Positions 55,586 to 64,000 of a DNA stretch of 64,000 nt are shown here, one piece after another; position 1 is the stretch's first letter, and every line of letters starts with the position of its first letter. The stretch comes from Bacteroidota bacterium. Lineage in GTDB: Bacteria; Bacteroidota; Ignavibacteria; UBA10030; SZUA-254. Position numbers and translations under genes: made by a program. The notes under the pieces are model-generated. The model was not told the DNA's origin. It saw only the letters and a program-made list of their open reading frames with translations, and did no database searches. Where the stretch lies: NCBI GenBank assembly GCA_044449065.1, contig JBIOHP010000003.1, forward strand, positions 68,076 through 132,075, in the 5' to 3' direction.

Positions 55586-56701
55586 ATGGCTGCTCAAAAA
55601 AAGCGAAAAGTTGCAATTATCCCCGGCGATGGCATCGGCGTAGATGTCACACGGGAAGCTGTAAAAGTTCTTGAGATCGTCATTCAAAAATATTCACTCG
55701 ATCTTGATCTAATCCATTTTGATTACGGCGCAGAAAAATTCCTTGCAACAAAAATATCCATGCCGAAGGATCAACTGGAGGATTACCGGCAAAATTATGC
55801 GGCAATTTTTCTCGGTGCGCTCGGCGACCCCCGCATTCCCGATATGTCGCATGCAAGGGATATTCTCTTCGGTATGCGGTTCGGACTCGACCAGTTTATT
55901 AACCTCCGCCCAATAAAATTATTCCATCCGAAGCTCTGTCCGTTAAAAGATAAAACCGTTGAGGATATCAACTTTGTGGTGTTCCGTGAAAACACGGAGG
56001 GAATGTATGTCGGTGCCGGAGGATTTTTTAAGAAAGGAACGAAAGACGAGGTTGCCGTTCAGGAGAGCATTAATACGTACAAAGGAGTTGAGCGGATTAT
56101 ACGACACGCTTTTGAATATGCCCGGTCCCATGGCAATACCAAGGTGACCATGAGCGATAAAAACAATGCGCTCCGGTACGAGGGCGATCTCTGGCAGCGG
56201 GTGTTTGAAGAGGTCTCGATCGATTTTCCCGAAATCCAAAAAGAACATTTCTTTGTCGATGCGCTTACGATGCAGATGATCAAACGACCCGAACAATTTC
56301 AAGTAATTGTTACAAACAATCTGTTCGGCGATATCATCACCGACCTCGGCGCTCAATTGCAGGGTGGTTTGGGTATGGCAGCTTCGGGAAATATCAATCC
56401 ATACGGTGTCAGTATGTTTGAACCGGTTCATGGCTCTGCGCCGAAATATGCCGGCAAAAATATCGCAAATCCGTTCGGCGCGATTCTCACCGTCGGGCTT
56501 ATGCTCCAGCATCTTGGATACGAAAAAGCAGGCAACCTGGTCGAACGGGCAGTTCGATTGGCAGTCGCGGAAAACCAAACGCCTCAGGACCTCGGAGGAA
56601 CGCTCGGAACCCGCGAAGCAGGCAAGGCAATCTGCGACTTCTTGCAAAACGGAAAAGCCGAACACGAATCTCATTTGAAAGATAACCACGTATGGGCATG
56701 A
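55586..56701 (+). CDS. leuB: 3-isopropylmalate dehydrogenase (isocitrate/isopropylmalate dehydrogenase family)
   Basis: N-terminal IAIIPGDGIGVDV and the signature NLFGDIITDLGAQLQGGLGMAASGNI. It is adjacent to and overlaps leuC. Confidence 0.8.
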   Translation: MAAQKKRKVAIIPGDGIGVDVTREAVKVLEIVIQKYSLDLDLIHFDYGAEKFLATKISMPKDQLEDYRQNYAAIFLGALGDPRIPDMSHARDILFGMRFGLDQFINLRPIKLFHPKLCPLKDKTVEDINFVVFRENTEGMYVGAGGFFKKGTKDEVAVQESINTYKGVERIIRHAFEYARSHGNTKVTMSDKNNALRYEGDLWQRVFEEVSIDFPEIQKEHFFVDALTMQMIKRPEQFQVIVTNNLFGDIITDLGAQLQGGLGMAASGNINPYGVSMFEPVHGSAPKYAGKNIANPFGAILTVGLMLQHLGYEKAGNLVERAVRLAVAENQTPQDLGGTLGTREAGKAICDFLQNGKAEHESHLKDNHVWA

Positions 56702-57951
56702 CAATATCCGAAAAAATTTTTGCAGCGCACAGCGGACGAAAATCTGTTAGCGCGGGCGAGCTGGTGTACGCCAAACTCGATCTCGTTATGGGGACGGATG
56801 TTACTGTTCCCCTCGCCGTGGAAGTTTTTAATCAAATAGGGGCAACGAAGGTTTTTGATAACGAAAAAATCGCGCTGGTCAACGATCATTTTGTGCCCGC
56901 AAAAGATATCCAGGCGGCGGGTTTATCCAAGACTATGCGGGAGTTTGCGCAAAAATACAACATAAAGAATTATTTCGAGGTTGGGCGTTCCGGTATTTGT
57001 CATTGCATCGTTCCCGATAAGGGGCTCATCGTTCCCGGCGATCTTATCGTCGGAGCGGATTCGCATACCTGCACCTACGGCGCTCTTGGCGCATTTGCAA
57101 CGGGAGTAGGAAGCACCGATATGGCAACCTCCTGGGCGCTCGGTGAAAATTGGTTTAAAGTTCCTCCCACCATAAAAATTATCTACACCGGCAAACTTCC
57201 CCCGTTCGTCGGCGGCAAGGATATTATTCTCCATACGATAGGAATGCTGGGCGTGGAAGGCGCGTTATATTGCGCCCTCGAATTCAGCGGTCCGGTGATC
57301 GATAACCTTCCGCTTGCAGATCGTCTGACAATATGTAACATGGCAATTGAGGCAGGCGCTAAAGCCGGCTTAATCGCCGCGGATGAAAAAGTGTTTTCGC
57401 ACCTTCGGGGAAAAACGAAAAGAATTCCGATCGTCCATAAACCCGATCCCGACGCCCGTTACGAAAAAATTATTGAGATCGACGTTTCAAATCTCGAACC
57501 GCAAATTGCATTCCCATACCTCCCGAGCAACGTAAAGCCAATTTCTAAAATCGATTCGATTAAGATCGATCAAGTGGTTATCGGTTCGTGCACCAACGGG
57601 AGAATTGAAGATTTCCGCGCAGCCGAAGCCGTTCTTCGGGGTAAAAATATTGCTCCCTACGTCCGCCTTCTCGCCATTCCTGCAACACAGGAAATTTATC
57701 TGCAAATGATCGATGAAGGACTTATTACATCATTCATAAACTCCGGCGCAGTCATCAGTCCGCCTACCTGCGGACCCTGTATTGGAGGGCATATGGGAAT
57801 TCTTGCAGAGAACGAAGTCGGTTTATACACCACCAACCGGAACTTCAAAGGTAGAAACGGACACACCTCCAGTAAAGTCTATCTTTGCAGTCCTGTAGTG
57901 GCGGCAGCTTCTGCTATCGCGGGAGTAATCGCAGATCCGAGGAGTGTGTAA
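56692..57951 (+). CDS. leuC: 3-isopropylmalate dehydratase large subunit, short (type 2, archaeal-like) form
   Basis: 419-aa aconitase-family catalytic domain: VGADSHTCTYGALGAFATGVG, VVIGSCTNGR, and Cys ligands in PPTCGPCIGGH. Confidence 0.8.
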   Translation: MGMTISEKIFAAHSGRKSVSAGELVYAKLDLVMGTDVTVPLAVEVFNQIGATKVFDNEKIALVNDHFVPAKDIQAAGLSKTMREFAQKYNIKNYFEVGRSGICHCIVPDKGLIVPGDLIVGADSHTCTYGALGAFATGVGSTDMATSWALGENWFKVPPTIKIIYTGKLPPFVGGKDIILHTIGMLGVEGALYCALEFSGPVIDNLPLADRLTICNMAIEAGAKAGLIAADEKVFSHLRGKTKRIPIVHKPDPDARYEKIIEIDVSNLEPQIAFPYLPSNVKPISKIDSIKIDQVVIGSCTNGRIEDFRAAEAVLRGKNIAPYVRLLAIPATQEIYLQMIDEGLITSFINSGAVISPPTCGPCIGGHMGILAENEVGLYTTNRNFKGRNGHTSSKVYLCSPVVAAASAIAGVIADPRSV

Positions 57952-57954
57952 GTT

Positions 57955-58395
57955 ATGATGAAAGATGTTATGTGGACTCTCGACCAAAGTTTGGGATATC
58001 TCATGGTTCGCACCGCCCGTGGAATGAAACGTGCGCTCGAATCAAAACTCGAAGAACACAACCTCACCGCTACTCAATATATACTCCTTGCGCGGTTATG
58101 GGAACAGGACGGTATCTCGCTCTCCGAGTTAGGGGAACGCCTTTTCCTCGATAATCCGACGCTCACCGGAATCGTCGATAGGATGGAGCGCGACGGCCTG
58201 GTTGAACGAAAAAGAAATGACGGCGACCGGAGAGTTGTGAGGGTTTACCTTACTCCCAAGGGAGAATCGCTCAAAGAAACCATCGGAACACTGGCGGCTG
58301 AAGTTGATGATGAAGCGAACGATCATTTTACCGAAACTCAGCGTCAGGATTTGTTGAACAGCTTGAATATCATCTGGAATAAATTCAATGACTGA
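57955..58395 (+). CDS. MarR-family transcriptional regulator
   Basis: 146 aa with a winged HTH (LTATQYILLARLWEQDGISLSELGERLFLDNPTLTGIVDRMERDGLVERKRNDGDRRVV). Confidence 0.8.
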   Translation: MMKDVMWTLDQSLGYLMVRTARGMKRALESKLEEHNLTATQYILLARLWEQDGISLSELGERLFLDNPTLTGIVDRMERDGLVERKRNDGDRRVVRVYLTPKGESLKETIGTLAAEVDDEANDHFTETQRQDLLNSLNIIWNKFND

Positions 58396-59644
58396 AAAAG
58401 ATAAAAAAGAAATCTACCGTACCCACGAAAAATGCGATTTTGCTTTCTCGGGAATTCTTAAAGACAAAAATAAAAAAATTGTTTTCCTCTCCGGAACCCG
58501 GACGCCTTTTGGAAAAGTCGGCGGGTCGTTGAAAGATTTTTCACCGATCGATCTCGGCGCTCTCGCCGCGCGGGCGGCAATCGAGCAGGCAGGGTTGGCG
58601 GGAAGAGAAGATGTGATCGACGCGGCGATCTTTGGCAACGGGATGCACGCCAGCATCGATTCGCATTACGGCGCCAGGCACGTCGGATTAAAAGCGGGTC
58701 TTTCAAATTTTTCCACCGCGCTTACGGTTAACAGGATATGCTGGTCCGGCGGCGAGGCAATTGTGCAGGGCGCAAAAGAAATCATCAGCGGTGAAGCCGG
58801 CGTTGTTCTCGTCGGCGGGTATGAAAGCACATCGCAATCTCCCCTTCTATTATATGGCGCGTCTTTCGGTTTTACCTACATGTTGGGACCGAAGGCATTG
58901 TTCCTTTTTAAGGACGGTTTGAACGACACCTTCATCAATAACGATATGATGGGTACTGCCGAAAACCTTGTCCGGTACTATAATATTACACGTGAAGAGA
59001 TTGATGAATTCGCGTTATCCTCCCAGATAAAAGCGAAAGCAGCCCAGGAGAAATGCATGCTTTCGAAAGAGATCACCCCGGTGAAGGTAATGGAGGGCCG
59101 CAAGGAAAAAATTCTATCATCCGATGAAAATCCCCGCCATGATACCACCTTAACAGGATTATCACGTCTCCCTGCGGTGAAACCCGGAGGCGTTCACACG
59201 GGCGGTAATTCTTCCGGAATCGTGGATGGAGCGGCAGCGCTTGTGATGACCACGTTTGGAAAAGCAAAAGAGCTTGGTCTCGAACCGATTGGCGAGTTGC
59301 TTTCATGGGGAGTTGCCGGAGTCGATCCGCATTACATGGGTATCGGACCGGTTCCTGCTTCGGAAATTGCATTGAAGCGCGCAGGATTATCGTTAAAGCA
59401 GCTCAACCACATCGAAATTAATGAAGCGTTCGGCGGTCAGTATCTTGCGGTTGAGCGGAAGCTCAATCTCAATCGAGCAAAAGTGAACGTGAACGGCGGT
59501 GCGATTGCTCTCGGACATCCGCTTGGCGCAACCGGCTCGCGCATGACGATCTCTCTATTAAAACTCGGGGGACTCGGTCTTGCCTCCGCGTGTATCGGTG
59601 GTGGACAGGGCGGCGCGTTAATTGTTGAAGGGTACAACGAATAG
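58388..59644 (+). CDS. Acetyl-CoA C-acyltransferase (thiolase)
   Basis: Thiolase signatures NRICWSGGEAI (active-site Cys region) and the C-terminal NVNGGAIALGHPLGATGSRM...CIGGGQG. Confidence 0.85.
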   Translation: MTEKDKKEIYRTHEKCDFAFSGILKDKNKKIVFLSGTRTPFGKVGGSLKDFSPIDLGALAARAAIEQAGLAGREDVIDAAIFGNGMHASIDSHYGARHVGLKAGLSNFSTALTVNRICWSGGEAIVQGAKEIISGEAGVVLVGGYESTSQSPLLLYGASFGFTYMLGPKALFLFKDGLNDTFINNDMMGTAENLVRYYNITREEIDEFALSSQIKAKAAQEKCMLSKEITPVKVMEGRKEKILSSDENPRHDTTLTGLSRLPAVKPGGVHTGGNSSGIVDGAAALVMTTFGKAKELGLEPIGELLSWGVAGVDPHYMGIGPVPASEIALKRAGLSLKQLNHIEINEAFGGQYLAVERKLNLNRAKVNVNGGAIALGHPLGATGSRMTISLLKLGGLGLASACIGGGQGGALIVEGYNE

Positions 59645-59656
59645 AGAATATTAAAT

Positions 59657-61966
59657 ATGAAAACTACTTGGAATGATATTGAAGTATTAGTCGTTGGCGC
59701 CGGAACTATGGGCGCCAGTTTAGCTCAGAATTATGCGCAAAACGGTTTTTGTGTCGGTTTGCTCGATGTCTCCGATGAAATACTGAACCGGGGCTTCTCT
59801 ATAATAGAGCAGGAACTCAACGGAGCGAAAGGCAGAATATTCTCACCTGCGGAAGTCGCCGCTATCCGGGAACGCATCATTGGCACGACCGATTATAACG
59901 TAGCGTGCAAGAGTAAATCGCTGAATCTCGTCGTTGAAGCGGCGACGGAACGCCTCGATATTAAAAAAGAAATTTTTAAATGCCTCGATTCACTCACAGC
60001 TCCTCATGTTGTGCTTGCGACGAATTCTTCCTCGCTTGATTCCAATGTCCTCGCCAAAGTTACGAAGCGCCCGGATAAAGTCGTCTGGATGCATTATTTT
60101 TATCTCCCGCATAAGAACCGGGCAGCAGAATATGCCGGAACGGATACTGCCAGCGAACAGAGCAAAAATGTTGCCCGGAAATATTTAAAACTTGGCGGAA
60201 AAATCGCCACCCACGTCATGGGTAGCCGCAAGGGCGGAGTCGCTGATATAATTTTTGTGGCACTTCTCCTTGAAGCGACCCGGATGCTGGAAGAAGGATA
60301 TGCTATCGCCGACATCGAAGCCGCCGGAAAAAAAGCGTACAATATCCCGATAGGTTTTCTCGAATTAATGGACGCGACCGGTCTCGCTATCGGTTTGTTC
60401 TCCATGTATTCTTTTTCCGATGGCTCCAATCCCAACGATCCGTTGTTCAAAGTTTACGGCAATTTTTTCAAACCCCGGCAAAACTATATTAATCTTGTCG
60501 AGCTCTCTAATAAATCGCAGGATAAATCGGCTGTTCGTTGGATACGGGATGGCGCATTGCAATCGCATCAACCCGATGCTAAAGTTGTCAATGCGTTAAG
60601 CGACCGGTTCCTTGCAATTGGAATTCTCTCCTCGACCGAGTGCGTCGACGCCGGTTTAATCACGAAAGAGGATTTAGACCTTCTCACGCAGAATGCTTTC
60701 CTCTGGCGTAAAGGACCTTTCCAGATTATGTCTGAATTAGGCGGAAAGCGGATCGAAGAGATCATTAACAAACGAACTGGGATCGCCGAGAAGCAGAGAC
60801 AGGATTTCCCGGTTTCAGCGCTTCTCAAGAAGATGATGAAGGAAAAGAAATTTCCTGCTCCTGCCATCCGTTCGGTATACACCGAAAGCGAACGCGAGGG
60901 TGCCGTCCGACGGATTGTACTTTCCAATCCCCGCGCGTCAAATGCGATGAATAATGACGTATTCGAAGCGTTAAACCGTCAATTTTCCGAAGCAAATAAT
61001 GATAAGCGCTGCAAGGTCATCATATTCGATACGGCTCCAATTAAATCGTTTATCGCCGGGGCGGATGTGCGATTATTTATTGAACGGGTAAAGGCAAAGA
61101 ATTTCACCGCTATAAAAGATGATACCGCCGAGTGGCAGCGTGTTATTTTTAAAGTTATGACCGGCACAACAAAACCAAAGATTGCCATAGTCGACGGGCA
61201 GGCGTTTGGCGGCGGCGTGGAAGTTGCAACTGCGTTTGCGTTGGATCCTCATTCAATTGTTTTGATAACGAATCGCACATCGTTTGCCTTGCCGGAAACA
61301 CGGCTTGGCATTTATCCCGGTTTGCGGGGCACATTAAATCTCGCCCAATTAATCTATAATCACACCCACGATCTGGAAACTGCCGCCGGTCTTGCGCGGT
61401 ATTTCATTCTTGGCGGAGGTCTTGCGACGTCCTCGCCGCAGATGATTTACAATCTTGGTTGCGCCGATGCAATTATCCCCCAGCATCGCAGAGATGAAAT
61501 AGCAGGTCTTATTGCGAAAGCTATAATAGACAACAGCGGGAAAATCTTAACAGCAACTCAGTTGAATAACCTTAAATTTGAACGGTTAAATACGGCTCTC
61601 TCATTCGTTGAAAAAACCCAGACTCAAATTGTCCGCGATTTGTTCAATCAATCCGACCTAGTGCCGACGCTATATGCACAGGGACGGAGCCATTTGCCCG
61701 TTCAATATACCGGCGAAATGAAAACATTCGCCGATCGGGCAGTCAGGCGTGTTGCTGCCAACTCGCCAAATGCCGTGATGCTCTCAAATTTCCTGATCTC
61801 CCGCGGGTTGGAAGGATTCATGAACGGAATTGATAACCATACTCTCGCAGAATTTGAGCTTGAACATCATCTCCAGCAGGTCTTTGAACATCCCGATGCG
61901 TTGATTGGATTGGAAGCAATGGTAAACGGAAAATTCCCGGATTTCAAACGGAAATATCCATTATAA
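59657..61966 (+). CDS. Bifunctional 3-hydroxyacyl-CoA dehydrogenase (N-terminal) / enoyl-CoA hydratase (C-terminal). The domain order is reversed relative to E. coli FadB.
   Basis: The N-terminal Rossmann fold is [15 protein letters not shown], with the 3HCDH core following. The C-terminal crotonase fold spans [23 protein letters not shown] to FIAGADV...[11 protein letters not shown]. Confidence 0.85.
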   Translation: MKTTWNDIEVLVVGAGTMGASLAQNYAQNGFCVGLLDVSDEILNRGFSIIEQELNGAKGRIFSPAEVAAIRERIIGTTDYNVACKSKSLNLVVEAATERLDIKKEIFKCLDSLTAPHVVLATNSSSLDSNVLAKVTKRPDKVVWMHYFYLPHKNRAAEYAGTDTASEQSKNVARKYLKLGGKIATHVMGSRKGGVADIIFVALLLEATRMLEEGYAIADIEAAGKKAYNIPIGFLELMDATGLAIGLFSMYSFSDGSNPNDPLFKVYGNFFKPRQNYINLVELSNKSQDKSAVRWIRDGALQSHQPDAKVVNALSDRFLAIGILSSTECVDAGLITKEDLDLLTQNAFLWRKGPFQIMSELGGKRIEEIINKRTGIAEKQRQDFPVSALLKKMMKEKKFPAPAIRSVYTESEREGAVRRIVLSNPRASNAMNNDVFEALNRQFSEANNDKRCKVIIFDTAPIKSFIAGADVRLFIERVKAKNFTAIKDDTAEWQRVIFKVMTGTTKPKIAIVDGQAFGGGVEVATAFALDPHSIVLITNRTSFALPETRLGIYPGLRGTLNLAQLIYNHTHDLETAAGLARYFILGGGLATSSPQMIYNLGCADAIIPQHRRDEIAGLIAKAIIDNSGKILTATQLNNLKFERLNTALSFVEKTQTQIVRDLFNQSDLVPTLYAQGRSHLPVQYTGEMKTFADRAVRRVAANSPNAVMLSNFLISRGLEGFMNGIDNHTLAEFELEHHLQQVFEHPDALIGLEAMVNGKFPDFKRKYPL

Positions 61967-61991
61967 GCATAACAGGTACGAAAGAATTTCG

Positions 61992-62489
61992 ATGATAAAA
62001 GGAACCACACACAAGTACGGCGATAACGTTGATACCGACGTTATTATCCCGGCGCGGTATTGCACCGCTTTCACAGAAAAAGAACTGGCGCCTCATTGCC
62101 TTGAAGACCTCGATGTGAATTTTGTAAAGAAGGTACAGAGGGGCGATCTCATCGTAGCCGGAAGGAATTTCGGCTGTGGCAGCTCCCGCGAGAATGCCCC
62201 CATCGCCATAAAAGGCGCTGGCGTATCGTGCGTTATCGCGAAATCATTCGCCAGGATATTTTACCGGAACTCGATCAATATCGGTCTGCCGATTCTTGAA
62301 TCCGATGCCGCTGTTGATGATTCTCAGAACGGCGATGTGATCGAAGTGGATTTATCAACCGGGACGATTAAAAATCTTACGAAGAAAAAAGAATACCGCA
62401 CCACGCCCTTTCCGGAAATTATCCAGAATATTATCGGAGCGGGCGGGATGGTCAACTTTGCAAAACAACGGCTCGCGGCAGCGAAATGA
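61992..62489 (+). CDS. leuD: 3-isopropylmalate dehydratase small subunit, type 2 (165 aa)
   Basis: Aconitase swivel-domain small subunit ([27 protein letters not shown]). The size matches the archaeal-type LeuD that partners a roughly 420-aa LeuC. Confidence 0.8.
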   Translation: MIKGTTHKYGDNVDTDVIIPARYCTAFTEKELAPHCLEDLDVNFVKKVQRGDLIVAGRNFGCGSSRENAPIAIKGAGVSCVIAKSFARIFYRNSINIGLPILESDAAVDDSQNGDVIEVDLSTGTIKNLTKKKEYRTTPFPEIIQNIIGAGGMVNFAKQRLAAAK

Positions 62490-62536
62490 CTCTAATTCTC
62501 TTTAAATTTTTTAAAAGATAAACTCAGGAGTTCGTT

Positions 62537-63784
62537 ATGATTCCTAAACAAAAAGATTTAATCTACGACTGGAACAAGGGCGGTATCGTCGATCTCAAAG
62601 GAGTTGTTCACGTTGAATTCGACGATGAAACGCTTCGCGACGGCTTGCAATCGCCTTCAATTACCGATCCCACCATCGAGCAAAAGATAAAAATTTTACA
62701 TCTCATGGAGGAGATCGGCATTCATTCGGCGAATATCGGATTACCAGGCGCCGGTCCGCGCGCCTATAACGATACGCTGGAGCTTGCAAGGGAAATCGCC
62801 CGCTGCAAAATGAAGATTTTTCCAAATTGCGCCGCCCGTACGGTAATCGCCGATATCGATCCCGTGATTGATATCTCGCAGAAGACGGGCATTCCCATCG
62901 AGGTTGCGACCTTTATCGGTTCAAGCCCCATCCGGCAATACGTCGAAGGATGGACAATTGATAATGTTTTAACGCTCACCGAAAAAGCCGTGAGCTATGT
63001 TGTAGAACATAACCTGCCGAGTATGTACGTCACCGAAGATACAACGCGTTCCCACCCGGAAGATATAGAACGGCTATACACGTTAGCGATCGATTGCGGC
63101 GCCCGACGTGTTGTGGTCGCAGATACCGTTGGTCATACTACACGAACCGGCGCTACCAACATCGTGCGGTTTGTGAAAGATATTATAGAAAATACGGGTC
63201 AGGATGTAAAAATAGACTGGCATGGCCATAACGATCGCGGGTTTGCCCTTGCATCCACCATTGCCGCTATCCGCGCGGGAGCAGACCGGGTTCATGGTAC
63301 CGCGTTAGGTATCGGTGAACGTTGTGGAAACGCACCGATGGATATTTTACTCGTAAATTTAAAACTGTGGGGTCTTGTCGGCAATGACCTTTGCAAATTG
63401 CATGAGTACTGCCAGTTGGTTTCCGAAGCGACGCACACCCAAATTCCCTTCAACTACCCCATGCTTGGTCCCGATGCATTCCGTACCGCAACAGGAGTGC
63501 ATGCCGCGGCGGTTATTAAAGCGCTGAACACCGGCGATGATTGGCTTGCCGATATGGTGTACTCGGCGGTTCCAGCGCATATGGTGGGACGAAAACAGCG
63601 TATTGAAATCGGTCCCTTCAGCGGCGAATCGAATGTCATCTACTGGCTGAAGGATCATGGATACGAAATGCGCGATGGCGTTGTGAAAAAGATTTTCGAT
63701 TACGCAAAACATTCCAACCGGCTTCTTACCGATGATGAAATCGAAACATTTATAGAAACAGAATATGCGGAGGGTGACCGATGA
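62537..63784 (+). CDS. 2-isopropylmalate/homocitrate/citramalate synthase-family (HMGL-like, LeuA-related) protein
   Basis: DRE-TIM barrel motifs: VEFDDETLRDGLQSP at the N-terminus and the HxH metal site DWHGHNDRGFALASTIAAIRAGA. At 415 aa it lacks the long LeuA regulatory domain. Confidence 0.65.
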   Translation: MIPKQKDLIYDWNKGGIVDLKGVVHVEFDDETLRDGLQSPSITDPTIEQKIKILHLMEEIGIHSANIGLPGAGPRAYNDTLELAREIARCKMKIFPNCAARTVIADIDPVIDISQKTGIPIEVATFIGSSPIRQYVEGWTIDNVLTLTEKAVSYVVEHNLPSMYVTEDTTRSHPEDIERLYTLAIDCGARRVVVADTVGHTTRTGATNIVRFVKDIIENTGQDVKIDWHGHNDRGFALASTIAAIRAGADRVHGTALGIGERCGNAPMDILLVNLKLWGLVGNDLCKLHEYCQLVSEATHTQIPFNYPMLGPDAFRTATGVHAAAVIKALNTGDDWLADMVYSAVPAHMVGRKQRIEIGPFSGESNVIYWLKDHGYEMRDGVVKKIFDYAKHSNRLLTDDEIETFIETEYAEGDR

Positions 63785-64000
63785 GTCTCGACTGGCTTCC
63801 ACGGGATTGCGAATTGAAAAACCATGATCTATGGGGTGATGAATTTTTTGGCGCCGAGCCGCCCTGCACCCAATATGAGCTACGTCCTATCCTTGATGGC
63901 AAGGGAAACGAGGTGAAAGGGTTATGCACCGCATGGATTACGTTAAATAATCCCGCTCAATATAATTCCTATACGACTAAGATGGTCAAAGGGGTCATTG
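63781..64000 (+). CDS. Partial crotonase-superfamily (enoyl-CoA hydratase/isomerase-like) protein. Only the N-terminal part is in the window; the start overlaps the upstream stop.
   Basis: ...GLCTAWITLNNPAQYNSYTTKMVKGVI matches the start of the crotonase fold (the I-T-L-N-R-P-type motif). Confidence 0.45.
   Translation, partial: MSLDWLPRDCELKNHDLWGDEFFGAEPPCTQYELRPILDGKGNEVKGLCTAWITLNNPAQYNSYTTKMVKGVI

Noticed and set aside
1-64000. CRISPR arrays, cas genes, transposases, insertion sequences and phage structural genes
   Set aside because: No repeat-spacer periodicity and no ORF with DDE, tyrosine or serine recombinase motifs was seen anywhere in the window. The only mobile-element signature is the tRNA-associated direct repeat.

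Overview
This 64-kb window looks like a chromosomal segment from a Gram-negative FCB-group-like bacterium (Bacteroidota/Ignavibacteriota-like). The evidence for that placement is three secreted proteins carrying type-A T9SS C-terminal sorting domains, and a sensor kinase with Reg_prop/Y_Y_Y domains.

From 5' to 3' the window contains:
- A minus-strand RsbR-RsbS-RsbT stressosome module followed by a partial RsbX-like PP2C phosphatase. No sigma factor is adjacent.
- Housekeeping and periplasmic genes: a SIMPL-like protein, a thioredoxin-like lipoprotein, and an AdhE-N-terminal-like CoA-acylating aldehyde dehydrogenase.
- An 883-aa T9SS cargo protein.
- A minus-strand signalling cluster: a PAS protein with a Cys/His tail, a secreted beta-propeller, a multi-PAS hybrid histidine kinase with a tandem PAS duplication, and an unusual fusion of receiver domains to a PEP-synthase-like ATP-grasp domain.
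- gdhA and an agmatine-to-putrescine pair (aguB, aguA).
- An initiator tRNA-fMet whose 3' end is duplicated as a 31-bp perfect direct repeat 6.3 kb downstream. The repeats bracket a visibly AT-rich island with no integrase. The island carries hypothetical membrane proteins, a CDP-alcohol-phosphatidyltransferase-like protein and a B12-binding radical SAM enzyme.
- A putative type II restriction-modification pair just outside the island: a protein with a GIY-YIG-like motif plus a DNA methyltransferase.
- A Reg_prop/Y_Y_Y sensor kinase with a NarL-type response regulator, located upstream of a CTD-only small ORF and a 2207-aa giant T9SS adhesin (PKD, LamG and SdrD-B-like domains).
- A BNR-repeat T9SS protein, an outer-membrane beta-barrel candidate, and an exopolysaccharide module (processive GT2 synthase plus a 1334-aa polysaccharide-deacetylase-like / GHL10-like protein).
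- A Ycf48-like BNR-repeat secreted protein.
- A leuB-leuC-[marR-thiolase-fadB-like]-leuD-leuA-family cluster, followed by a partial crotonase gene.

The observations I rate most worth a second look are:
- The tRNA-bounded island, which has no integrase and carries a B12-rSAM/lipid-like module.
- A roughly 60-nt intergenic element present twice, with compensatory stem substitutions.
- The receiver-ATP-grasp fusion protein.
- A duplicated roughly 65-aa 'GWN...GYWVK' module shared by two secreted proteins.
- The CTD-only ORF.

No CRISPR array, transposase or integrase was seen.
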